Below are positions 40,771 to 54,141 of a stretch of DNA of 64,000 nt, piece after piece. How positions within the stretch are numbered: position 1 is the first letter of the stretch; the number at the start of each line of letters is the position of its first letter. Position numbers and translations under genes: made by a program. Origin of the DNA: Octopus vulgaris (Eukaryota); contig OX597836.1 in NCBI GenBank assembly GCA_951406725.2, forward strand, positions 50,034,001 through 50,098,000, in the 5' to 3' direction. The notes beneath the pieces are model-generated. The model searched no databases. It worked only from the letters and a program-made list of their open reading frames with translations, and was not told where the DNA came from.

Positions 40771-41289
40771 GGTGGTGGTGCTAGTGGTGGTGGTGCTGGT
40801 GGTGGTGCTGATGGTGGTGCTGATGGTGGTGGTGGTGGGAATGATAAACAGTTGAAACTACTAAAAATCATTTTTCCAAATCAAGGCCTCCAAGATAACC
40901 GAGCATTGTAAGCTGTCAAAAGAGTCGGTCATCTTTATAGTGCTCCCACTGTCTACAGCAGGGAGCTATTCCACCCCTGTCGTACCTACTTAGATCTGGG
41001 TGGACTGGGGCAATTGTGAGTCATGTTGACGACAGGCATAAGGCAGTATTAGTGAGACAAACACCCAAGACCTCGCCCTAAGCCACCTGTGGCTCTTTAC
41101 ATTACAATGAGCGTGGCTTTTCTTGTTGTTGTTATCATTGCTGTTGTTGTTGTTGTTATTGTTGTTGTTGTTGTTGTTGTTCTAACACATGCTCCAATAA
41201 CAAGCCCCCACCTCGACACGTTAAAGCAACGGCCAAGATTTTGAAGAGAAGCTAGTTCAAGCTGTGAGAGGACCACAGGTCAGACTTAC

Positions 41290-43396
41290 CTACTAAAGCC
41301 TCCACATCCACCTTACCGCTATGTGGTAGCTTCTTCCTGGCAGAACTGTGTTTCGATTTGGATGATTCGCTGCCAGACGATTTGATGGAGCTCTGTTGGT
41401 GAAATAACGATGGTGAAAGTTGTGGTGTGCTAGGTTTACTCTCAGAGCCGGTCTTCAGTTGTTTCTTGGCCAGTTCTGAAGAGCCGTAACTGAAACACTC
41501 TGTTTCCGTGTCTGTTTCCGAAGGTTCTTCAGTCGGAATTGTTTTCTCTGACTTTTTGTGTTTTTTCTTAACACTGTCCTTTTTTGTGTGGATTATGCCT
41601 TTCACCCTTCCCCATGCCGTTTTATGCATTTTCCTTTCCCTGGAGCCCGGCTCTTCCCCTTTGCCCGGTATTTTGTAGCTCGCCGATCGATGGAGGCGTG
41701 GAGAACTACCATCTCCATCAACGGTTTTGTCACTCTCTTCCCCTCCTTCGGCGACCAATGATGGACTTGACTGGCGCCGCACCAGCACTTTCACATTCAG
41801 GTACTGGCCCTGACTGTCGGCTACTTTGCTGACACTGGTGTGTTTTGTCTTTTCCCTCCACCGCCACCACTCCGTGCCAGTGTCTAAAGCATCCGCTGGT
41901 GCGTCTTTAGTCAACGCTGATGGACTGGGAGGACCACCAGAAGAAGTGGATGTCCTCACACCTTCCCTACCATCTCCATCGACGCCGCTACTAACCCCAC
42001 TGTCCATAGAACGGGTTTCAGTCAAGCCAACTATTGGAACAGTCAGTTCTTGAGTGCTACTCTCAGACTGCTGTGGTAATTGGCTGCTGCCTTTTCCCAA
42101 GTTTTTTAAGGATTTTCTTGTCATGTCAGAGTCATCAACAGTCGTCTTCTGTCCAGTTAGGATTTTCTTAACACGGGCCCATTTTGAGAACTTACATGAT
42201 TTTTTCTTAGAGCCGGGCGACTTTGATCCCGATTTCGAATCTTTGCCGTTATAGTCGCTAACTATAACTCTGGTCATCTCTTGGGAATTATCTTGTTCAA
42301 TTACGTCGGATGGTATTTCTAAAGAACCAGTCGAGAAACTTCGCTTATACAGTTTGGCTGTTTTGGGTCGCTTCGGTGTTTGATCCGAGGCGGTTTCAAT
42401 GATTTCCAAATGTTGAGAACTGTCTCCACTTGATAGTCGGTGCCGAGGTGAGTCTGATGCGGCTGCTGGGAACACCGCTTCTCTAGAGTCTTTCATGGCC
42501 TTCTGTTGCTTCTGTTTAGATTTAGAAGGGAGGGACATATAACCCAGAGGTGCTTCATCTTCAGACATATCGCTCCTCACTTGGAGAAGATATTTTGTGC
42601 TTTCTAGGTAGGCGCATTTTTTCTTGAGTCTGTTGTTTTCATCTCGTAAGGTAGTGAGTTGCTCCATTAACCGAACCAAGTTGTCTAAATGATCGAGGCC
42701 AACACTTTGCCTCATCATGCTAGGACTTGGAGATCGGTGTTTCTTCACTTTAATTGGTACAGGCAGGGTTCGAAAGTGTTCTTGGAAAGATTTCTCCTGT
42801 TCCTCAAAGAATTCCATAATGTGGGCACTGTTCCGTTTGGGTGAGGTCTGGTCGGATGATGTACTGCTTCTTTGTGCCTCCACTTGGTCTACTCTTGAGG
42901 GTCGTTGTTGTGGACCAGCTGTTGTTGATGTTGACGTTGTTGGTGTCATCGTTCCTGATGTTGTTGTCATTCTTTCAGTGTTTCGTTTCACTATTGTTGT
43001 TGTTGTTGCTGATGTGCTTGCTGCTGCTACTGCTGCTGCTGCTGTTGCTGTTGCTGCTGCTGTTGTCGCAGCTTCCAGTGACACAGAATGCCCGACCCCT
43101 TCAGCCGTCGCTGCACCAATGCTCCCCATTGCCTCACCAGCAACAAGCATTACTGTATCCCTCTCCGCATCCTCACCACCATCCACGGATGTGGTGACGA
43201 TGCAGGGCAGAGGCTGCTGATGTTTGTAGGGCTGAGACATGGTCAGTTCGGGCTGCTCAGGCTGTGCAGGGGCCGCGCTTACAGGTTGAACAATAGGTTG
43301 TTCGGTGCTTGTGATGTCGTCTTGTTTGGACCCATGTTTTCTCGGATCCGGTGCTGTTGCCATGCTGGTTACACCATTTCCAAGCTGGGTTTCAGT
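41290..43396 (-). CDS. Large coding exon (first recognisable exon) of an uncharacterised coiled-coil/low-complexity protein
   Basis: Covers the 703-aa ORF 41252..43363. Acceptor ttttctctag|ACT GAA at 43397 is in frame with the ATG at 43363; donor GTAG|GTAAGT at 41289 (phase 1). Contains coiled coil GLDHLDNLVRLMEQLTTLRDENNRLKKKCAYLE and motifs FSKWARVKKIL and TAWGRVKGII. Confidence 0.9.
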
Positions 43397-43554
43397 CTAG
43401 AGAAAAGAAAGAAAAAAAGAAAATCAAAATTCAGCTTATTTAAAACATCATTATTTACAGAGAAACAAAAATTATAGCTTCAACGTAATTTGAATGTAAC
43501 AGTAAGTAAAATTTCGAAGCAGTGACACAGCACAAGCCATAACAATGGCAATAT

Positions 43555-44445
43555 ATTGGGTCATCCCATAAATAATGTGGGGGTTTTTTTCAATTGCATG
43601 AACGAAAAGTTGAAGGGCGATGGGATAAACTACCTGCATCGACTTGCTATAAAAGCAGGTAGTAATTTTATCTTGTACTTATTCTTAGTGCAAGTTTTGA
43701 AGAGTGCAGTTCGATTTTAACAGTAATTTTTTAAAGCTATAAAGGTGCATATTCAGCATATTTTGCTTTGTGAGTTCAATAAAGGCAACGATGCAATGGA
43801 AAGTGTGAGGAATATTAATGCAGTATATGGGGATTGGACAACAAGTGTAAACCAGTGTCAACAGTGGTTCTAGAAATTCTAAGCTGGAATCTACAGCCTA
43901 GAGGATGAGCCTCATCTTGGAAGATCTGCAGAGCTTGACAAGGACGTCCTACAAACCCTGGTGGAACAAAATTCCATTGAAACTGCTGAGGAACTAGCAG
44001 AGAAGGTTGGATTTGGTCATTCAACCATTCAACCCCAGCGTGCCATCAGAAAAGTCAGCAAATAGAGTCAATGCGTCCCTCACAAACTTTCTGAGTCTAA
44101 TCGCATGCAGAAGGTGAATGTGTGCTCTTCTTTGCTGTCGCATCTCACGAATGAACCCTTTTGGAACTGAATAGTGACTGGTGACAAGAAATGGGTTCTC
44201 TATGAAAACATCAAGTGCCTAAGACAGTGGGTAGGGAAAGGAGAAACACTGGCATTCCAGGCCAAAGAAGGTCTTCACCCATGTAACGTGTTATTATCTG
44301 TTGGATATGAAAGGTTTAGTCCACTTTGAGCGGCTTAAGTCAGCACTAGAAGAAAAACAACCATCTTTGATTTCAAGCGGAAAGGTGTTCTTTCATCAGG
44401 ATAATGTTCGGCCACCTACAACGGGGATGACAGCGTATAACCACC
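43555..44445 (+). mobile_element. Decayed mariner element (Hsmar1/Mos1-like)
   Basis: Plus-strand translation HIQHILLCEFNKG...SLEDEPHLGRS, CVPHKL (WVPHEL), IVTGDKKWVLYEN, FHQDNVRP, with stops; TIR-like start tattgggtcatcccataaataatg. Confidence 0.85.
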
Positions 44446-46257
44446 CATAAGAATTATATTGGTGCGAATCAACGAATTCTATGCCGTCAGCTTAATGTTC
44501 ACCTCCATTCAAATCTGAAAACTGCCACTAAAAAAGGTCTCTAAACCTAACACCAAAACAGTAAATCTATAAATTTTGTAAAGTTAGAGGACCCATTATT
44601 TTGCTCAATACAAATATGCTCCTCCCCCATTGGATTATTGAATATTTGCAAATCAGCCATGGCACTTAACAGTTCCCCCATCCCTACTAAAAATAGCAGA
44701 TAAATCTCTCAAATGACATCTTAGTTTTAGAAAAACTAATAATTTGTTTTTAGATAGATTGGGTCAAACAAATACAGCAACAAAAATAGGAAGGACACGA
44801 TTTGAATATCGTTCAATCATAGGGGTGGCTGGCTCAGCTAGATAAACAACAATTTCTGGCTCAAATAGCAGTGTCATAAATATACCCCAAATATAATCAG
44901 AGTATTTAATTCATCATAAAATTCACTTTCTCACCAATATAATCAGAAAAAACTATTATAGATATTTGGGTGTTGCACTGATTCAACAAGTAAGTTTATT
45001 GTAGAACAAGTGTTGAAACAAAAGTAACAATTGCATCGTCGCAGGCAGCGATGGGAATATATTCTAAACACACACAAATACTGTTATGTTCTCATGTTGC
45101 GTTTTATAATACTACGAGCAAAACGCCCTGCGTCCAATGGATGGTGCTGAGTTGTCAAGCATTTAAACCAAATTTTCTCAAAACAACTTGTCCGACAGTC
45201 CCATGGGCCTCCCCTTTAGGTAAACACTGATTTAACCTAAATTTGAGACAGCAGAAAAAGAAGAAATAAAGATAGACTTTTTTCTATTCCAAAGAAAAAC
45301 CATTTCCCATGTCTTTATCGATCGCATTCTCACTTGGAATCGATTTTTGTACTTTTTTCAAGACTTATACACCCCCTGATACCATCGGTATCTACATATC
45401 AAATGTGAGCGCAATCGGATGGAGGATGCCCGAGATCTTAGAAACCACACACACAGACAGAACGGATTGTATATAAGAAATTACACACACACACCACCAC
45501 CATCATCATCATCATCATTTAACGTCTGTTTTCCATGCTGACATGATTTTTACGCCTGGATTCTCTTCCTAATGCCAACCACTTTACAGAGTGGACTGGG
45601 TGTTTCTGACATTTTTACCGAAGCCGGTTTTGAATTTCATCCCTCGAGAACGATTAAATAAAGTACCAGTTAATTTACAAGTTGAATACTAATGTTGATT
45701 TAACTGACTATACCTTCCTTTATTTATATGTATATATAGACACGTATACAAACATGCAGGGACACACGGACACGGACACACACGACGGACTTCTTTCGGT
45801 TTACGTCTACCAAATACCCTCACAAGGGTCTGGTCGGCCTGACGCTAAAGAAGACGCCTGCGCAAATATACACTCATATACAAGAATTGCTCAGCTAAAG
45901 CCATCGTCATACTGTCAGACGATTGTTTAAACCTCGAAGAGAAACCTCGAAGTCACTGTTAAGAATATTCGTTTGAGAAAAACGAATTTCTATTCTACAA
46001 AAGCATAGAATAATCCATCAAATTAAGGTAAAATTGTTTCTATTATAACCAAACATAAAAACAAACATTAGCATAAATCTCTATATATTAGGTCCGTCTG
46101 TAGGGTTTTGGCTTCGATGCGACTCAAGGAAAACCTTCAGATGGAAATTGGACGGGGTGAAAGTTCATTTGCAAGGAAAGATAATTCTCACACGTCTACG
46201 TGAGAAGGGGAGGTAATTCATTACTCTAGCTCAATTTTACGTTTAGTTCAGTATAAA

Positions 46258-46318
<61 letters not shown>

Positions 46319-46758
46319 ACATACACACACACACACACAAGATGTAATGCAAAATCTCCATATAATCACAACTTACATCATCTTAGAAAAATAGCGAGGA
46401 GGGAGCACAATGGCCATAGTCCCTGATGTATGAATTGATGGAATGGTCACGGTTGGAACAAATTTTATAATGATAATTCTGTAACAGCCGAGATGCTAAG
46501 CAACAACTTCAATCGTCTTAGAGAATAAGAAAATAAAATGAAAAACGAAAGTAGGACAAACTAACGGCAAAGAATGTTCCATATTTGATGGAAAGCCTTT
46601 TCCTCTCCTCTCACCCTTGAAGAGTCGTCTGCTGTGACCTTTTGTTATATTTAGAGCCATTGGAAAGGGTGGAGGGGTAACTTTTTGGCACTTCTTCATT
46701 TTAGCGTGGATTCTTTAAGCACCCACCAAATTCTTTTTATTAACCCTCAAAAAAAAAG

Positions 46759-47460
46759 AGAAGAAGAAGAAGAAGGAGGAGAAGAAGAAGAAGAAGAAGA
46801 AGAAGAAGAAGAAGAAGAAGAAGAAGAAGAAGAAGGAGAAGAAGAAGAAGAAGAAGAAGAAGAAGAAGAAGAAGAAGAAGAAGAAGAAGAAGAAGGAGGA
46901 GAAGAAGAAGAAGAAGGAGAAGAAGAAGGAGGAGAAGAAGAAGAAGAAGAAGAAGAAGAAGAAGAAGAAGGAGGAGGAGAAGAAGGAGAAGAAGAAGAAG
47001 AAGAAGAAGAAGGAGAAGAAGAAGAAGAAGAAGAAGAAGAAGAAGGAGGAGAAGAAGAAGAAGAAGAAGAAGAAGAAGGAGGAGGAGAAGAAGGAGAAGA
47101 AGAAGAAGAAGAAGGAGGAGAAGGAGAAGAAGAAGAAGAAGAAGAAGAAGAAGAAGAAGAAGAAGAAGGTGGAGAAGAAGAAGAAGAAGAAGAAGAAGAA
47201 GAAGAAGAAGAAGAAGAGGAGGAGGAGAAGAAGGAGAAGAAGAAGAAGAAGAAGAAGAAGAGAAGGAGAAGAAGAAGAAGAAGAAGAAGAAGAAGAAGAA
47301 GAAGAAGAAGAAGGTGGAGAAGAAGGAGAAGAAGAAGAAGAAGAAGAAGAAGGTGGAGAAGAAGAAGAAGAAGAAGAAGAAGAAGGAGGAGGAGAAGAAG
47401 GAGAAGAAGAAGAAGAAGAAGAAGAGAAGGAGAAGAAGAAGAAGAAGAAGAAGAAGAAAG
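46759..47460. repeat. About 700-bp (GAA)n/(GGA)n polypurine tract
   Basis: Directly visible; source of the spurious poly-E/K/R/F/S ORFs. Confidence 0.97.
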
Positions 47461-47632
47461 AGTGTAGAAGCATCTTCGGATTTCTGCTTTGAATGTTAGA
47501 AGAAATGTTTAATTTGATTTTTTTTTAAATTCTTAATTAAGAAAAGGTTTTTTTAATTATTAGAAACCGATTAGGCAGATTCCAATTCCAATTCCAATGC
47601 TATTTTCACACTTATTACACACTATTTACAAA

Positions 47633-47860
47633 GGTGGTGAGCTGGCAGAGTGGTTAGCACGCCGGGCAAAATGCGTAGCCGTATTTCGTCTGCCGTTATG
47701 TTCTGAGTTCAAATTCCGCCGAGGTCGACTTTGCCTTTCATCCTCTCGGGGTCGATAAATAAAGTACCAGTTTCTCACTGGGTTGATGTAATCGACTTAT
47801 CCCTTTGTCTGTCCTTGTTTGTCCTCTCTATGTTTAGCCCCTTGTGGGTAGTAAAGAAAT
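47633..47860 (+). mobile_element. tRNA-derived SINE, family B (MetaSINE-like central domain)
   Basis: Head ggtgagctggcagagtggttagc...gagttcaaattcc, then gtcgactttgcctttcatcctctcggggtcgataaataaagtaccag. Copies near 7080-7290(+), 10490-10672(-), 11650-11858(-), 12480-12850(-), 22750-23145(-), 29275-29430(-), 34130-34300(-). Confidence 0.8.
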
Positions 47861-49509
47861 ATATTTACACACGCACACGCATACTCATACACACGCACAC
47901 GCATACACGCACACACGTACAATTATCGTTTGGGCTTGAAATGTCTAAATATATTTAGTTTGCGTTTGTACTTTTATTTTAATCCTTGATAAAACGAAAT
48001 TGAAACATTTTAAAGTTCCAGGAAATGAAACAATGCTTTCCAATAAAAATGTGTGTGTGTGTGTGTGTGTGTGTGACGAGGAAAAGGGAGGTTGCCTTGA
48101 CGTGGTCATCCGACCCTTACGTACTAGAAATAGCAGCCAGATTCCCTTAGTTCATAACCTACTGTCTTAAATTTGGGAAAGGCACATAAATTAATATCTC
48201 ATATATTTATAAAAAAGGTGTGGTCATGGCTGGAATGCCGCTGATTATAGGTTTTCTGGATTCGGTTTGACTGGAGTTAAACAACCACTATGGCACTACC
48301 AGAAATTCCTCTGCCAAAGTCGCTAACCACGAAAAGACAATCGCCGCCGGCACCGTCTTTATATCCTTACTGCAATATTAACAGTGGAACCCTAAGACTG
48401 TAAAACCTATTAAACCCCACCACCATACCATTAGGGGCACAGTGGCAGCAGCATCATCATCACCATCACCACCATCGTTGCCATCATCTCAACAACAACA
48501 ACAACAACAGCACTATCACAAAAAACACTGCCACTGTTACTACAACATTACCAGAACTATTCAACACCACCACCACCACCACCTCAGCAACACATTAGTA
48601 ACACAACCATTGCACCACCACCACCACCACAACCACCACCATCACCACCACTACCACCACCACCTCCACCACCATCATCATCATCATCATCATCATTTTG
48701 TATATCTCTGATCAGTTGTATGTTTATTCTGTCTACAGCTGAGTCACACACCTAAATGTAGTAAACAGTAATAGATCTGTTCTCTCTCTCCCTCTCTCAC
48801 TCCTCTCTCTCTTTCTCTCCGTTGCCCCTCCCCCATATTCTCTTTATCTAGCTTTTACTCAAACACTTACCTTACTCTCTCTCTCTCTCTCTCTCTGTTT
48901 TTCATATATTCTCTCCCATTCTGCTCTCTCTCTCTCTCTCTCTCGCTCTCTCTTTCTCTCTCTCTCTCTCTTTCTCCCTCTCTTCCACTGTTTATTCTTT
49001 CCTTTCTCTCCCCCCCCCATTCAACACACACAATGTCTGTCTGTCTGTCTTTTCCCTGCTTCCTTTACATAGACTTGTCTTCTCAAAACAAAGAGAGAGC
49101 CACTTGCTGGCTTCACAACCTATTAGAAATAGCAACCAAATATCCTTCAAATCACATCCCTACACTAAAGTGGAAGGACACTTTGGATAATATAGTTGCA
49201 GGTAGATGAAAATAGATGGGATGGCCATTTCTGGAACATCTTTAATCACAGAACTGTTCAATCAGAACTGACCTGTGGCTTAACAACAGCAACAACAACA
49301 ACAACAATCCCTTTCTCCTCATAATGTCTGTCTGTCTGTTTGTCTTTCTTTCTTTCTCTTTTATGCAAGGAATGAAGCTTGAAATATAACCGAAACTAAT
49401 ATTCAACATGATACCATCCACCACCACCACCACCATCACCACCACAACCACCACCACCACCACCACCGGCAACAACAACAACAACAAGCATCAATACTCA
49501 AACTAATGA

Positions 49510-49715
49510 AGTGGAGGGCCTCTATGTAGTTGCTCAACCTACTAGAAATAGCAGCCAAATCTCCTTCAAAGCATGTACTGTCTTTAAAAACAAAATGAGA
49601 CATTAGATAATGTAGTCCTCGATATATTATATCCACCAGCAAAAAGTCAGGATGGTCGGGGATGGCTTATCTCCGATTAGATTTGACTTGGAGGCTTAAC
49701 AGCAACAACAACCAT
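49510..49715 (+). repeat. Dispersed repeat family E (ctagaaatagcagccaaatctcc...ggtcatggctggaatg...ggctaaacaacaac)
   Basis: Recurs near 13840-14050(-), 32030-32250(-), 35310-35640, 37250-37400(-), 48110-48290, 49090-49300, 55960-56260, 56400-56580, 57240-57360; ends in a (CAA)n-like tail. Confidence 0.65.
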
Positions 49716-49955
49716 TTCCATGACTACCACCACAAACAACAACTGCCACAAACAGCTACTCACTGCCTCCACCAACACCAGCAACAACAACATCTAGTAA
49801 CATCTCTATCATCCCAGACACAGCTTCCCACCACCACTGCCACCACCACCATCCCAGACACATTGCCAAATTTTTCAGAAAAGATTCTTTTGGAACTAAC
49901 AAACATTAATTTCCTCATAGACACAGGAAAGTGACCTAATTGTAAACATTCTTTT

Positions 49956-50002
<47 letters not shown>

Positions 50003-50146
50003 AAATACAAGCACAAGACAAAGCTGAGTGGTTGAGAAGTTTTCTTTGAGAAGATCTGGCCCCAAAGATGACCACACATTTGAGCCAAGGGTCATGCAGG
50101 TGCAATTTGGTAGACACAAATTTCCAAAACGTTTCACATACATATC

Positions 50147-50181
<35 letters not shown>

Positions 50182-50246
50182 GCATACACACTTACACAAA
50201 CACACACAACACACCTATACAGATATATACATGTATATAAATATAT

Positions 50247-50302
<56 letters not shown>

Positions 50303-50314
50303 GTGTATATATAC

Positions 50315-50366
<52 letters not shown>

Positions 50367-50634
50367 TCATCATCATCATTATTGTCATTTACTGTCCACT
50401 TTCCATGCTGGCATGGGTTAGATGGTTTTTTCACTAGAAATGGTAAGCGAGAGAGCTGTGCCAGCTTCCAGTCTGATTTGGCCAGGTGTCTATGGCTGAA
50501 TGCCCTTCCTAACACCAACAACCCTGAGAGTGCAATGGGTGCCTTTTACATGCCACTGGTATAGGTACCATTTACATGAGCCCAGCAATGGCCACAAGTG
50601 CGATTTCCTGACACTAGCAGCAGTCACGTATAGA

Positions 50635-50812
50635 ATACATATTTTTATAAAACATATAACTTATAACTAGATCTCAAAAAGTATAAAATAAATGATCAAT
50701 ATATAATATAATAAGTAATAATAATACTTCTTACTTATTATTTTATATATTGATCATTCATTTTATACTTTTTAAGATCTGGTTATAAGTTTTATGTTTT
50801 ATAAACATATAT
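50635..50812. repeat. AT-rich palindrome with about 85-bp arms
   Basis: tttataaaacatataacttataactagatctcaaaaagtataaaataaatgatcaatata pairs with tatattgatcattcattttatactttttaagatctggttataagttttatgttttataaa. Confidence 0.8.
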
Positions 50813-50968
50813 TTTATTTGTTATTTATGTTTTGGTTTATGTCTATCACTGTTTGAGTTGTATCATAGTGGTTTTATCTCTAATTTATATTTTATATATT
50901 TATACTGTGAAATTTGATTTAATACTAAATTGAATTTTTCCCTGTAAGTTTGGAGTTATACTCCCTAA

Positions 50969-51049
<81 letters not shown>

Positions 51050-51054
51050 ATAAA

Positions 51055-51299
51055 TGCACCCTTTTAAAGCCTAGCCAGGCTCATGGGCCCAGTTTCCCAG
51101 TTTCTGTGGCATATGTGTTCCCCAGCTGGACGGGTCGTCAGTCCATTGCAGCGTTACTCATGTTTGCCAGCTGAGTGGACTGGAGCAATGTGAAATAAAG
51201 TGTTTTGCTCAAGAATACAATGTGTCACCCAGTCCAAGAATTGAAATCACTATCTTATGATCATGATGCTGACACCCTAACAACTAAGCCATGCACCTC

Positions 51300-51300
<1 letters not shown>
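51055..51300 (-). mobile_element. tRNA-derived SINE, family D
   Basis: Shared block ccagctgagtggactggagcaatgtgaaataaagtgttttgctcaag plus a tRNA-like head on the minus strand; copies at 28930-29170 and 36150-36460. Confidence 0.7.
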
Positions 51301-51375
<75 letters not shown>

Positions 51376-51398
51376 CTATAAATACTAAGCCATACCTC

Positions 51399-51449
<51 letters not shown>

Positions 51450-51674
51450 TGTATATATATCGGGAAGCTTTATGAAAATAGACAAAAGACGAAGGCAGGT
51501 GGAAAACAAACAAACAATTGTATTAGTATGGCGCTCAGGAAATATAAATAAAACAAGTCTTTAACGTTTCGAGCCTACGCTCTTCAACAGAAAGATACAC
51601 AGAGAGAAAAAAACACAGAAAGAAGGAGAGAAAAAAAATGCGTGCAGTAACTAACGAATCAACATGGCGATCTC

Positions 51675-51739
<65 letters not shown>

Positions 51740-51758
51740 TATATACATATATATATAC

Positions 51759-51857
<99 letters not shown>

Positions 51858-52707
51858 TATACATATATATACATATATATATATATATATAATAGAAATA
51901 TTAAAATTACTAAGTCTCTATATATGTATATAAAGTACCCACTACACTCTCGGAGTGGTTGTCATTTAGAAGGGCATCCAGGTGCAGAAACCTAGCCAGA
52001 TCAGATTGGCACCTGGTGCAGCCTCCTGGTTTGCCACTCCTCAGTCAAACCGTCCAACCCATACTAGCATGGAAAGCAGACGTTAAATAATGATGATGAT
52101 GATATACATTTTTTCCCTCTCTCATAGGAGGCACAAGCACTTGCACACGTACACACATAAATATATATATATAAATATATATACACACACACACACACAC
52201 ACATACATACATACACATATATACATATACACGCATGCATGCACACACAGACACACACACACACACACACACATATATACATACATACACAGCTGTTTCG
52301 TTAACAATAAACATTCATAATTGACATTATACATCATGCATTATATAATACATATCTATATAATGATGTATCGACAGTCTACATGATTGTGAAATCATTG
52401 CATAATATGTATTAAATATGACAGCAGCATTTCTTTCTTCCATGCGTCTGTGCTCCCTTCATGCATGTTACATGATTTGTCAGACATACAACGTTGAAAC
52501 AACTGTAAGCTACGGAATAAATGTAATACTGATGACTTCATTCTTCACTTATTATTATTTATGCCTCCATGACAGAGGGGAGCCTTCTTAACCTTCTGTT
52601 TCTATTTAATGGACATTTCTACGGGAGAAATTTTCTTTGCAGAACACATTTAGATTGCCAGTCTTTGCAGAAGTGCTGCTGGAGGAAACTGCCTGAATTC
52701 CTGGATC

Positions 52708-52739
<32 letters not shown>

Positions 52740-53590
52740 CCTTAATTACAAACATACATAACCGAACTTGGATTTGTAGAGAAAGAACATAGCTCCTTAA
52801 TTCCTCAGCTACAAATGGTTGCAATATCTGGAACCTTCAAAATTGGTAAAACATTCTTAGGATTCAAAGAATGAACACTTACACAAGATACGGTGACAAT
52901 TTCCTTTTTCTTTTTTGCCACCAGGAAGATGGTGGAGGGGGGGGGGGGCAAAAGTAAACTAAAAATTAAGAGAAAGAGAGAACTTACATATATACATACA
53001 TGCATACACACATATATATATACATATATACAGGCATACATACATGCATGCATTCATAAACTTGTGTATATACGCTCACACTCACGTTCACACACACACA
53101 CACACATATTGTCCTAGTTTCTGCCATTATGTTAATGTCCAGTTTCCCATACTTGCATGTGTCAGACAAAATTCGTTGAGGCAGATATTTCTCTTTCCCT
53201 GTCATCAATTCTCATCTCTTTCCAACCAAATATTTCCTCATGGCTGGATATGCTTTCCCACAAGATTGCAATTGAACAAAACTGCTTGTATAAGACTTGT
53301 TTACAACTATCAATGTCATGTCAAGACAAGGATGCATAAACACACATACATGTGCATATGCATGCACACATGCACACATACACATACATACATATGCACA
53401 CACACCAACACACACATAGAGACACAATCTTCTTTCAGATTCTGTCAACTAAATCCACTCACGAGACTTTGGTCTGTCCAGGGTTATAGTAGAAGAGGTA
53501 TGCCCGAGGTACCTTGCAGGAGAACTGGATCTTCAACAAAGTGATTGGGATGTCACCTATTTAACCACATAGCTATGCCTGGGCACATTA

Positions 53591-53646
<56 letters not shown>

Positions 53647-53995
53647 TGTGTATGTATGTGCATTATGATAAAGAAGAGAGAGAGAACAAGTGAAGAGTGT
53701 GTGTGTGTGTGTGTGTGGATGTGGTGAGCCTGATGTGTGGGCGAGAGCCATTCTTTGCAGCAAGAGAAGAGATAGAGAAAAAGAAATGAAAGGCAAAAAG
53801 CAAAGAGAATCCTCACCAAATGTGTGAAGGGAACAGCAGATGTCATCCATACAACAGATGGACAGGTTTGATGCCGAAACAGAGTGACACATGTTCTGTG
53901 TGTCCATGGAGCTTATACACACATGCAGCAGCTCTGTCTCTCCATCTGTCGGTCTGTCTCTCTCTCTCTCTTTGCATATACGCTTAGTATATGTG

Positions 53996-54038
<43 letters not shown>

Positions 54039-54069
54039 TCACACACACACACATAAACAGGCACACACA

Positions 54070-54141
<72 letters not shown>

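Noticed and set aside
46685-47499. 260-aa poly-E/K/R and 252-aa poly-F/S ORFs
   Set aside because: Translations of a stop-free GAA/GGA microsatellite; no splice or compositional support.
52560-52920. Candidate upstream exon of the minus-strand gene
   Set aside because: No convincing acceptor/donor pair with a protein-like open frame; the 5' end of the gene remains unlocated.
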